Shown: positions 17,701-34,850 of the stretch, one piece after another
Layout of the letters: each line of letters begins with the position of its first letter
How positions within the stretch are numbered: position 1 is the first letter of the stretch
Assembly: GCF_009914755.1 (NCBI RefSeq)
Contig: NC_060929.1
DNA: 64,000 nucleotides
Strand: one strand, 5' to 3'
From: the human T2T-CHM13v2.0 reference genome, Homo sapiens
Translations under genes and position numbers: made by a program
Notes under the pieces: model-generated
What the model was told of the DNA's origin: nothing
The model's input: the letters and a program-made list of their open reading frames with translations, nothing else
Database searches by the model: none

Positions 17701-19590
17701 AAAACTATCAGTCATAACCATTTGACACATACTAATCACTCAGTTATTGTTAGCCAGTAACTTGTTATCTGGCTGTGGTAAAACCTACACTTGAGAAAAT
17801 TTCTATTCATGCATCTATTACATTAGTATGGTACATAGCTTAGAGTTAATGAGCCAATATTGACACATCATTATTAACTAAAGTCCATAGTTTATCCAGA
17901 AATTGAAACATGGTCCCCTTGTAGGTTAGGAAGATTGAAAAGAGGTTAATAGTCAGTGTGGTAGGCATAGTGGAAACAGCTATGTTAGTAGAAGAATTTA
18001 TATGTGAATTAGGACATACAAGTTCTTTACTGGGTCAGGCCCAAGATATATGCTATGTAATTAGATTGAAAGTTCCCCTGACTCTACTCCCTCTTTCCTA
18101 CTTGCATGATCAATATCTATCATATCAGCCACCGCAGTGACATGTTTGGGCTGCTATTAATTTCTAGGGTAATCATCAAGAAAAACCATTAAGAGAGTCC
18201 CTTTCTCTGACACACACTACTTGTTCATCATAAAATTGAAAGTGTGTGGGGAAGAATATCTTACATCAGAGGCCATTTGGGCCTCATTTACCTCTGTCCC
18301 CAGCTCTGAGAAGATGTTCATTTGCAGGTTTTAGATGATTGGGTCCTCTGTATAGTGGTGGATGGTGAAATCCAGCTTGTGATATCAGCCATTTCCTGAT
18401 TACTTTATTCTTAGTAAACTGTAGATTCTCACTTTGTTTACAGATATTTTCTGGTTTCTAATACTGTAGCCATGGTGGCTTAGTTTCTGATCTCAGTATA
18501 TAAATCCCCAAACAGACAAGCATTTATAAGTGGGCTTAGGCAGAGTCTGCTAACAATTGTCAATTTCTAGGAGTCCTGTGTCACTGATTAAACCTGAACT
18601 ACCCGGGAGACCACAGGAAACATTGGAACGTGAATTTATCAACTTAAAATGAAAAATATCATGGGAATAAGAAGACTCATAATCAGAGTGAAGAACTTAT
18701 TCTCGCCTTTAAGGTACATGTGATTAGAAGGTTATGTGGTAGACATAGAAATCTTAACAACAGGCATTAGATAAATCAAATGTTTGTTACTACCAAGGCT
18801 GATAGGTCCATATCTTTATGGATATAGTCTTGCTACAGGGATCAAGGTACTCAAAATATGATACCCAAGATTCCCTTTACTCAAGAATCTGCTGAGATGG
18901 ATAGTGCCAACTTTATTCTCTACAGCTCTCATTTATATGTGCTGGGAAGGGTACCAAACTGTTTTCCATGACTTTCCCTTTCTGGATTTCTTTAGATGAT
19001 ATGACAGGTATATGCCTGACAGGTATCACCTTTATATTATGATTCTGAAGGTTTAGGAACTTGTCCCTTTTGTAGGAGATTGTGTCCACAATTACTAGGT
19101 ATTTTTGTAGGAGACTGTGGACACAAAATATCTAGTAATTGTGCTCATTTTGCAGTTGAAGTCTAATTAAGAATTCTATTGTTATCATTTTTGAGTTCTT
19201 GAGGGCCACTGGAATATACAATTCTCAATACACACCACATCTAACTTCTCATAAGCACAACATTTTCAATTTGTTGCTATATGGAGAAAAACTTGTAAGA
19301 AACGGATAGACGATAGCCTCATAAATTTTTCTTTATATTATAAAATGTAACAGACAGGTAAAAAATGTTGAGTTGTCAAATTAAATTAACTATAAAAGAT
19401 ATATCTATAAAATAATCAAAGGAGAAAGTTGTTCTTAGCCTAGACGGGGAGCAACACTTTAATACCACTTATTGTGTTTTCTGTGACTTAATTAATTTTT
19501 AACATTTGATAAATTTTAATCTTAATAATTATAGTGATCAGCATCAGATAAGGATAAATTTGTTTTTAGAATGCATAACTAATATTCTAA

Positions 19591-19944
<354 letters not shown>

Positions 19945-20346
19945 CAAACATAATGTTAACAATACCAAGGGAATTATATTATCAACTAAGAACTGTTCAA
20001 ATGCTGGTGTCTATACATTATTTTTCTTTCCTTGAACTTTCCATGTAAGAGGTAATGATGAATCTCAAATATTTTTTAATTAGGGGAAGTTTAAATGTAT
20101 GAAATGTCATCAACTCATTGTCATGTTATTATTATTTTTTTAATTATACTTTAAGTTTTAGGGTACATGTGCACAATGTGCAGGTTAGTTACATATGCAT
20201 ACATGTGCCATGCTGGTGCGCTGCACCCACTAACTCGTTATCTAGCATTAGGTATATCTCCCAATGCTATCCCTCCACCTCCCCCCACCCCACAACAGTC
20301 CCCACAGTGTGATGTTCCCCTTTCTGTGTCCATGTGTTCTCATTGT

Positions 20347-24172
<3,826 letters not shown>

Positions 24173-24235
24173 TATGATTTTAGCTGGTTATTTTGCTCAT
24201 TAGTTGATGCAGTTTCTTCCTAGTCTCGATGGTCT

Positions 24236-25252
24236 TTACATTTTGGCATCATTTTGCAGTGGCTGGTACCGGTTGTTCCTTTCCATGTTTAGCATTTCCT
24301 TCAGGAGTTCTTTTAGGGCAGGCCTGGTGGTGACAAAATCTCTCAGCATTTGCTTGTCTGTAAAGTATTTTATTTCTCCTTCACTTATGAAGCTTAGTTT
24401 GGCTGGACATGAAATTCTGGGTTGAAAATTCTTTTCTTTAAGAATGTTGAATATTGGCCCCCACTCTCCTCTGGCTTGTAGAGTTTCTGCCGAGAGATCC
24501 GCTGTTAGTCTGATGGGCTTCCCTTTGAGGGTAACCCAACCTTTCTCTCTGGCTGCCCTTAACATTTTTTCCTTCATTTCAACTTTGGTGAATCTGACAA
24601 TTATGTGTCTTGGAGTTGCTCTTCTCGAGGAGTATCTTTGTGGCATTCTCTGTATTTCCTGAATGTGAATGTTGGCCTGCCTTGCTAGATTGGGGAAGTT
24701 CTCCTGGATAATATCCTGCAGAGTGTTTTCCAACTTGGTTCCATTCTCCCCTTCACTTTCAGGTACACCAATCAGACGTAGATTTGGTCTTTTCACATAG
24801 TCCCATATTTCTTGGAGGCTTTGTTCGTTTCTTTTTATTCTCTTTTCTCTAAACTTCCCTTCTCGCTTCATTTCATTCATTTCATCTTCCATCGCTGATA
24901 CCCTTTCTTCCAGTTGATCGCATCGGCTCCTGAGGCTTCTGCATTCTTCACGTAGTTCTCGAGCCTTGGTTTTCAGGTCCATCAGCTCCTTTAAGCACTT
25001 CTCTGTCTTGGTTATTCTAGTTATACATTCTTCTAAATTTTTTTCAAAGTTTTCAACTTCTTTGCCTTTGGTTTGAATTTCCTCCCATAGCTCGGAGTAA
25101 CTTGATCATCTGAAGCCTTCTTCTCTCAGCTCGTCAAAGTCATTCTCCGTCCAGCTTTGTTCCATTGCTGGTGAGGAGCTGCGTTCCTTTGGAGGAGGAG
25201 AGGCACTCTGCTTTTTAGAGTTTCCAGTTTTTCTGCTCTGTTTTTTCCCCAT
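24236..25252 (-). pseudogene. L1 ORF1p, full-length frame (338 codons) with a premature stop at codon 49
   Basis: ATG at 25252; TGA (from CGA) at 25106-25108; the downstream 248 aa are open. Confidence 0.9.
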
Positions 25253-25707
25253 CTTTGTGGTTTTATCTACTTTTGGTGTTTGATGATGGTGATGTACAGA
25301 TGGGTTTTTGGTGTGGATGTCCTTTCTATTTGTTAGTTTTCCTTCTAACAGACAGGACCCTCAGCTGCAGGTCTGTTGGAGCACCCTGCAGTGTGAGGTG
25401 TCAGTCTGCCCCTGCTTGGGGGTGCCTCCCAGTTAGGCTGCTCAGGGGTCACGGGTCAGGGACCCACTTGAGGAGGCAGTCTGCCCATTCTCAGATCTCC
25501 AGCTGTGTGCTGGGAGAACCACTGCTGTCTTCAAAGCTGTCAGACAGGGACATTTAAGTCTGCAGAGGTTACTGCTGTCTTTTTGTTTGTCTGTGCCCTG
25601 CCCCCAGAGGTGGAGCCTACAGAGGCAGGCAGGCCTCCTTGAGCTGTGGTGGGCTCCACCCAGTTCCAGCTTCCTGGATGCTTTGTTTTCCTACTCAAGC
25701 CTGGGCA

Positions 25708-26016
25708 ATGGCGGGCGCCCCTCCCCCAGCCTGGCTGCTGCCTTATAGTTTGATCTCAGACTGCTGTGCTAGCAATCAGCAAGACTCCGTGGGCGTAGGA
25801 CCCTCCGAGCCAGGTGCAGGATATAATGTCCTGGTGCGCCATTTTTTAAGCCAGTCGGAAAAGCGCAGTATTCGGGTGGGAGTGACCCAATTTTCCAGGT
25901 GCCGTCTGTCACCACTTTCTTTGACTAGGAAAGGGAACTCCCTGACCCCTTGCGCTTCCCAAGTGAGGCAATGCCTCACCCTGCTTCGGCTCGCGCACGG
26001 TGCGTGCACCCACTGA
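25708..26016 (+). CDS. L1 ORF0 (antisense ORF in the 5' UTR), open for 102 aa; expression unproven
   Basis: GCAATGG context; MAGAPPPAWLLPYSLISDCCASNQQDSVGVGPSEPG matches the ORF0 N-terminus. Confidence 0.7.
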   Translation: MAGAPPPAWLLPYSLISDCCASNQQDSVGVGPSEPGAGYNVLVRHFLSQSEKRSIRVGVTQFSRCRLSPLSLTRKGNSLTPCASQVRQCLTLLRLAHGACTH

Positions 26017-26640
26017 CCTGCACCCACTGTCTGGCACTCCCTAGTGAGATGAACCCGGTACCTCAGATGGAAATGCAGAAATAACCTGTCTTCTGCGTCG
26101 CTCACGCTGGGAGCTGTAGACCGGAGCTGTACCTATTCGGCCATCTTGGCTCCTCCCCAGTCATGTTTTTTTTTTTAATGTACCAAATATATTTGCATTT
26201 CTTTTTTTTAAGCAAATGACAAAGACCCAATTTACCAGTCTTATTTTTTTAAACTTAAGCTTAACATTACATAATTAAACAATTGTCAGAACTTACTAAG
26301 TTGCCAACATTCATGCACAACTGGAAAACATCGTTAATTTATATTAAACCAGAAATATATTACCACTAATGCATTAGTATTTTTCACTACTAAATACTGA
26401 AAAAATTTGAAATTATTTTTGTAGAAGATTTGACTTGCAATGTTAATTTCACAGCAGGCTGACATTACTTGGCTCAGGTTTCAGACACAATGGAAAAACA
26501 GATCCATGCTGGTGTTAGTGTACAGTCTTGTCTAACCAGTACTAAAGATCATGGCTCACTTTGGAGTATTTGTTTTTAAAGCAAAGTGCGTGGAGAGATT
26601 CACAACTATTTTAAAGACTGAATAAATGGTCTTATTATTA

Positions 26641-26682
26641 CAAGTAATGGCAAAAGCTGCAATTACTTTTGCACCAACCTAA
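26641..26682. mobile_element. Half MADE1 (Hsmar1 MITE) inside the pseudogene 3' UTR
   Basis: Reverse complement TTAGGTTGGTGCAAAAGTAATTGCAGCTTTTGCCATTACT is one MADE1 arm, flanked by TA. Confidence 0.8.
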
Positions 26683-27195
26683 TATGTGGTCCAAACAAGA
26701 AATTCAAAAGTCTGTGACAAATAGGGGCTCTGATAGCTGTTTATAAGTACTTTAGATGCAATTATATTGAAAGCTGAGTTCATTTGAAATCTTCAAAAAA
26801 TGTTTCTGTTAATCCTCAAATAGTGCTTGTTATAGTTTAACATTAAATGAGAGCATTGAATTACTTGTTATTCAAGCACAGCAGTTGTTCCTTACTATCT
26901 TTTGTGAGGACATTAACTGGCCATCTTTTTTCAGCTTCTACTCTTTCTTGACTATTCTTGACAGTTCTCTTCATAGTGATCTTTCTGCCATTAACTATTT
27001 TAGTAGAAGTTGATATAGATTTGAAGTTGTCCATACCTTTATCACTTCTTTGCCATATTTTTCATAGATGTCCAGTTTTTTAGCATCTGACAGCACTTCA
27101 TATACCTCAGCTACTTGTTTGCATTTTCTCTCTGCTTCTTCTTTATTCTCAAGATTTTTATCTGAGTGCCACTTCAGTGCCAGTTTCCAATATGC

Positions 27196-27508
<313 letters not shown>

Positions 27509-27791
27509 CCGATATGCCTTTTTAATATCCTCGGGTGAGGCCTGTCTCTGCATGCCTAGAACTGCATAGTGACATATCATGCTGTAACAGATTGCTGGAT
27601 CATGTCCAAAATTATAAATAAGACAGAACTTATATCAAATGGTGTCTTATTTTCAGGTGCACAGGGAACATTCATGAAAATGTACCATATCTTAGGCCAC
27701 ACAAATGCGTGCACACACACACATCTCAGTAAAGTCCAAAGAGTTGAAATAATATCAATAGTACTTCCTGAACATAAGGCAATAAAATTAG

Positions 27792-28355
<564 letters not shown>

Positions 28356-30420
28356 CAATAACAAACTTTTAAAAGGCTCTTCAACATTCAAATTTTTAAT
28401 AATTACACTTCATTAAACAACTATTAGATCAAAAGAAAAATTGCAGAATTTTTCAAAGGGGAAATAACTAAAATTGCACAATAATAACATGTGAATACTT
28501 CTTGAATTTAAGCAAGAGAAACCAATTCCTCAGTTTTAAATTGTTGGTATATGTTAGAAGTATTCTAATATGTAAATAATGCTGATTTTTCTTTTTCATA
28601 TTTTTAGCTGGGTTTTTCAATGCGCAATTTTTAAAATGTTTATTATAATGTGATCGTAAAAATAGTTCACCTGCTATCACTTCCTATCTCACTTATGTTT
28701 CAGTGTGCAAGAAGAAATAAAATTGAACATCGTGGTGTATGTATATGTTATATTATACATATATACACACCCACAGGCATATGAAGCAGTGTGAGGTGGT
28801 GCCACATCCTTCTCAGTAATGGCTCTGAGTAGAGCCATCAACATTTTGTTCTTTCACCTCTTTCTGCTTTTCTTTCTTCCTCTTTTGCGAAGAGCCCTAA
28901 ATACGTGCCTAGAGTAGAACAAGAAAGTAGATAGCCTAAACCTTTGCTACTTATGGAAGGGAAAACAAATCTCTGCCTTTAAGAAACAAACTTTTCATTC
29001 TTTCTGTTTTTTGCCCCTTCAGTTCTCATTTGCCCGCAGAGTAGTTCCTCCAAAGAAATTCTCTTCTCTCTTTCTACCTCCGTATCTTTTGTTTCCAGAA
29101 CCCCGGTGGCAGAATAGGTACGATTTGCATAACGCTGCTGTTCTGGCTCTGCAGCAGTGTGGCCAGGGGTCTGCAGACTGAATTAGTCACAAATTGTAGT
29201 TCAGTGAACAGCAGGGAGGAGCAGGTAGAGACGACAGGCTCAGGGGTTTGGTGGAGCCCTGTAAAGACCAGGGCGGGGTTTTGTGGGGGACGCTGGGTGA
29301 TTTTGCTGTCACAGTCTATTCTTCCTTGACTGTCAGTTCTGTTATTAGTTCAAATGGGACTGGCTGCAACATCAAGCTCTAGGAGTGGGCATATGACAAA
29401 TCAGGGGTTCCCAAATCAGGAGAGTGATTGCTAAGCTGTAATACATGACCTTTGCCAGGACCATAAAAATTAGATCTGAGCGTTTTGGCAGAATACATTA
29501 AAAGACTCTCTCTCTCCTGGAGCTATTCTTCCAGACATTCCTCATGCTTTCTGGCCCAGCAACTTTGAACAAAATTCTTAAGTTTCAGAGAATTTTCTCC
29601 AATGAGGCTTGTCTCACCAAGGTAGAACACAGAAAACTTGCTGCTATCCCCATCCTTTTCGCTATAGGAAACAAATCTGTGAGTTAGATGACTTCACCAA
29701 TCACTCAGATATAGTAAAGTTAGATTGAGAAGTCAACAACTTACAGAAGGAAGCTCTTGGGGCACTATTTGTTGAGGATAGCAACTGAGATGTATGGCTT
29801 TGGGGGTGGCAGTGATTGCATGATTGAGTTCCTCGGCCTGGAATGGCCTTGATGCCAGCAGTATTTGAACTCTTGCCAGCAGTGCAAAGAAAGCCCTCAG
29901 TGTTGGTGGCAGCAGCAGTGGTGGTGCTGGCTGTAGTTTCTTTAAACTGTGCATATTGGAAGTTTGGCTGCAAGCAAGGTTCTCTGGCCTTTACAACAAT
30001 TCTGTAGCCTGCAAAGTAGTCTTTTAATGAACTCCTTTTCTGTTTAATCCTCAGGGTCAGAGTGAGCAGTTACAAATAAGAACTTTGACTATAATGTTAT
30101 AAAACTGGAAGACATAAACCTGGGAATTTCAGGGGCTCTGGCCTGAAGATAGGCCATTTGGAAACAAAGTTACATAGAAGAAAGCATGGCTAAGAGATCA
30201 AGCGTTAGAGACAGAGTGAAATTTGATGAATACTGGATCCAGCCTTGCCTGAGCTAATATGAATAGATATGTAAGTTGATAATTTGTTTTTCTTAAGTCG
30301 TTTTGGGTTGAGTTACCTGTCATTGCAATTCAAGGCACTCTGACTTATATAGGCTTTTAATTTATAGGCATATATGTGTGTGTGTGTGTATATATTTGTA
30401 TATATATATATAATTATAAC

Positions 30421-30710
30421 TTCTTTTTTTTGTGAGACAATGTCTCGCTCTGTCACCCAGGCTGGAGTGTGGTGGTGCCATCTTGGCTTACTGCAACCTC
30501 CACTTCCTGGGTTCAAGAGATTCTCATGCCTCAGCCTCTCGAGTAGCTGGAATTACAGGTGTACACAACCATACCTGGCTAATTTTTGTATTTTTAGGAG
30601 AGACAGGGTTTCGCCATGTTGGCCAGGCTGGTTTTGAACTCCTGGCCATACATGATCTGCCTGCCTCAGCCTCCCAAAGTGCTGGGATTACAGGCATGAG
30701 CCACCCAGCC
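30421..30710 (-). mobile_element. Alu (AluS-like) next to a (TG)/(TA) repeat
   Basis: Dimer; TSD ATTATAAC. Confidence 0.92.
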
Positions 30711-31406
30711 ATTATAACATCTTTTTATGCTGTATTCACATCCATTCCCAGGCCCATAATTAGATACTTTATGCAAAATAACTGAAAACTCTGTCTTGTT
30801 AGTTCTGTAGCAAAAGACATAGAAGTTCATAAGATTTCTTGCTAACTCAAGTATGTTTTGCTTTTTTATTTCTAGTTTTTTAATAAAAATATGAAAGCTG
30901 ATTTAGAAGTGATGGGAATATCCACCCACAAAATCAGGATAATTGATGCCATGTGCCTTTTATAGAACAGAGTTTCTCACTCCAAAGTGAGAATCGAGTT
31001 CGACAGTGTTTTCTGAATGAATGCATACATCTTGATCCAGCAACTCTATGTTTATAAATTTCTAAGAAAATACTCATGGTTACCTGCAGAGCTTTAACCA
31101 CATGTGAATATATACCAAATACAGGCAGAAATTTCTAAAAAGTAAAAAATCAACTTAATAAATAGTAGATTGCAATTTTATATTGCTTACAAGCCACATG
31201 TGATAAGGCTTTCATGTATATTAACCATGATATTATAAAAATAATTCTATGAAATTGATAGTATTAGTTTTCTCATCTCACAGATAAGGAAAGTGTGGCA
31301 AAGAAAAGCGAATACTCTTTACTTCAGTCATGAAGCCTGTCATGATCTAGCTTTGGAAGCCATGCCAAGCCACTTCTGCTGCAGTCTCTTCTTTAGAACT
31401 GACTCA

Positions 31407-31453
31407 GGCCCAGCACAGTGGCTCACTCCTGTAATCCCAGCACTTTGGGAGGC
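31407..31453 (+). mobile_element. Short Alu 5' fragment
   Basis: GGCCCAGCACAGTGGCTCACTCCTGTAATCCCAGCACTTTGGGAGGC. Confidence 0.85.
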
Positions 31454-34400
31454 ATATATTCATGAAAAAAGAATATAAGGAAACTCATGGAAATATTAAC
31501 AGATTGCTGGACTTGCAGTTGATTTTTATTATTTCTATTTTTTGTTTATCTGAATTTACTAAGATTGACTTTGTCTAGAGAAAATCAAAACATATTTTTT
31601 GTAGTTGTTGTTAAATTCGACCTTTCTGTGAGATGACTTCCATGTACTTAACTCCTTATCTCATTACCTTAAAATAATATGTTGATAAACCTTTGACTGA
31701 TGCTGTATCAAATTCTTTTTTTACATTGTATGTAAACTGAGAGACAGTGATGTTGGGGAAGCTGTGACTTTAGCCTGTATTTATTGACATGCTGATGCTC
31801 AGATATTTGAAGTCTGAACTGAACTTAAAACTCTTGGTTCTTGCCTTTTGTTCTGTTGAATAGAAACCCCAAAGTTGCTTCATAGGATTTAAAGTAGCCA
31901 GAGAATATTTTTCCCTTTTAAAAACATGACCTATGCACACAGTGGCTTTTAGATACAAACAGATCATCCATTTGATATAGAGACCTCATCTCCTCTCATC
32001 TTAACTCTGATTCATCAGTGGCCCTTGCAGTCTCACTGAGATAGACATTCAGGCATAGTTTGTTGGATTTGTTCTGGTTCAGTGGTGGACAAAATTAGCC
32101 CATATACAGATAGCATCCTCCCACATTTAAATGAAAAGAAGAAAGTCATTGTCAGGCCTTTATTAGCCCCACTAAAATTTTGCCTCTCTGATTAAAAAGT
32201 TCAGTTTTTAAAAACTCACTGAAAAACATTGAGAGACTCAAACTTCATTTTGTTCTCCCCTCCAGTAAGTTACATCAGGATTCAAAATATTAAAGACAGC
32301 TATGATTAGAAAAACCATAGTGTGTTGGCCTTGTAAGCGGGCTTAGAGATTGTAGGCATGCATTGGTGGTAAGGAAGCAGAGCCTGCAAGTGTTGTAACT
32401 TACAAAGGTTACACAGCACAAAATGGGGTAACCAGACAAGAATTCAGATCTCACTTTAGGACAACTCTTTTCTAATTATACCACGCCACTTCTTGTTATG
32501 AGAACACTTTCCTGAAAATTTCCAAATTGGCTTGAGACCTCTGACATTTCCATATCATTTTTTCTTCTCATTGAAGATCATTAGGTCAAAACCATTGTTC
32601 TTCAGGAAAGTATGCCATGGTCACCATGCCCTTTTCTGAAAGAGAGGCTACATGTTTATAGTGAGAATATGTGGGTAATATCTGTAAATCTCCTGCAATG
32701 AAGCTATAATTGTATTTCTCATTGAGGTCATAGTTCTGCCCTGGGGAAAGGATAAAAAGAATCAGAATTTACCCTTTTTAATGTGGGGGTTCCCCACATT
32801 GACTTGGATGTAAAACTTTGGAAAAAAGCTTTTGTCATCTATTCCCCAACTGCCAACTGAGAGACCTTGGTACCGGAGCTCAGGACAGATGGATGAAGAG
32901 TCCTACCTTTAGGCAGAGAACTGGAGGCAATTTAGCTATTGTTTATCATTTGCACCACACAGAGAATTAAGGGAATATGAAATGCTTTATCTATTGGTAT
33001 TCTGCTATTGCCATCTCATTGCGATAAAAAGAAATATAAGTATGGTATCACCCCAAACAAGAGGTAGGTCCAAGTTTAGAAGATTCCTACACCTGTATGA
33101 TAGCATCTGTGATTTAAAAGTAATTTTATTTTACCTGATTCTCTTACCAGTTCTGTGATGTTAGCACAGTGGAAGATAATGGAATCCAGGGAAATGAAGT
33201 GACAGGACAATGACCACAGTCTGTTCCTGCAGTAGGAACCAGTTCCTCGGGTTTCTTCCTAGTCCTTTTTAGATATAGCTAAGGGAATCTTACAGACATG
33301 GAAACAATCAATTTAGATTATAAAGGTTTATCAACAAAAAGTATTCTGCTAAAGGCAAAAATCCTGTGATCTAGGTAGTCAGAACGCTGTCCTCACAGGG
33401 GCAGAAATGTTCTTCAGCTAAAGTATGTTCAGAATGGCTTCTTTTCCTTCTGGCTTTTGAACAAGAATTTGCAACTTTGGAAGACTATTCTCTCAGCGGA
33501 GAGAATGGCAAGTCTAAGAAAAAAAATGTTTATTTAAAAAATGGTATCCAAAAAGAAAGCTAATGCTTTTCATACTACTTAATATGTCATTGTTGTGTTA
33601 CATTAGAAAGCAACAGGGTTTTGATGTGCCCTTATTATGGTTTACAGACTTAAAAAGCAGAAAAAAAAAAAAAGGAAACAAAGGTCTCCCACCCATGTGG
33701 CAAAGTGTGCTTTGAAGTTCTGCTGCAATATGTTTTATAGATCTTGAGACAGGTTCACAAATTGCCAATCTGCAAAGCTGTCTGGATGACCTTTCCACAC
33801 ATAGAGGTGACCTAAGCAGAGTAGTATGCTGGCAATGACCAGGAGGCTGAGAAACTAGTTTCCTTGTAGAGCATGTGTTCATTTACGATTTTATTCACAT
33901 TTTGCTTTGCACGCAGACTCAGTTCTTTTAGTTTAGTTTCCTTTCATTCAGTTTCCACAATTTGTATGGTTGACTTAGCGAAATAATTACTTTTGGTAAA
34001 AAATATTCCTTGAACATTATTCATTATTTGGTTCATCATTTGCAACAAATATCTTTTAGGTTAGACATTGAGCTGGTAACTCCATTTGTGGTCTTGCCCC
34101 TCTTTTATCCATTTAGCTTTTCTATATGCTGTTTCCTCCATTTAGAAATCCCCTTACTGTTGCTCTTTTCTAACAGTCTCCTCCTTATTCTGCAGACTCA
34201 TCTTTTCTGAAAAGACTTTCTTCAACCACAAATGGCTTTGATGCTAATACCTTTATTTATGCCTGATGGGAATAGATGAGATCACTCAGGAAGAATATGT
34301 CATGTGAAAACAGAAGAACTGGTTTGTACCGGACACAGAGGAAACAGTGCCTGCCAGGGAGAAGGGAGAGGAGTGCTAGAGAGGGAGGAGAAAGCCAGGA

Positions 34401-34713
34401 GAAAGGCCAAGGGGTAACTGTTTCTACATGCAGAGCGTGGTAAGTGCCAGTCACTGCTACAGAGAAGACAAGCAAACTGAGAAATGGAATGCGTCATTGG
34501 TCTGTACTTGTATCTGCTCATTTTCATACAGAATAACACCAGAATGACTCATAAGAATCTAACAGTGGTTACTTATAGAGGTGACTGGCCCTGAGCAGCT
34601 AAGGATCATGTACAGAAGGTAGACTTTTATATTTTGCATACCTTCTAAAGTTTCTGAGTTTTGAACTACGTGAATGAATTACGTATTAAATACACTAAAT
34701 CAAAATTATTTAG

Positions 34714-34850
34714 ACTCACACCTGTAATCTAGCACTTTAGGAGGCTGAGATAGGGGGAGGCACTTGAGACTAGTAATTCAAGACCAGCCTGGACAAACAT
34801 AGTGAGAACGCACACCTAAATATTTTTTTAATAAAAATAAATGAAAGAAA
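34714..34850 (+). mobile_element. Diverged Alu left monomer (FLAM-like)
   Basis: CTCACACCTGTAATCTAGCACTTTAGGAGGCTGAG...AGACCAGCCTGG. Confidence 0.7.

Noticed and set aside
29124-29131. Octamer ATTTGCAT
   Set aside because: A single 8-mer is expected by chance in 64 kb of AT-rich DNA
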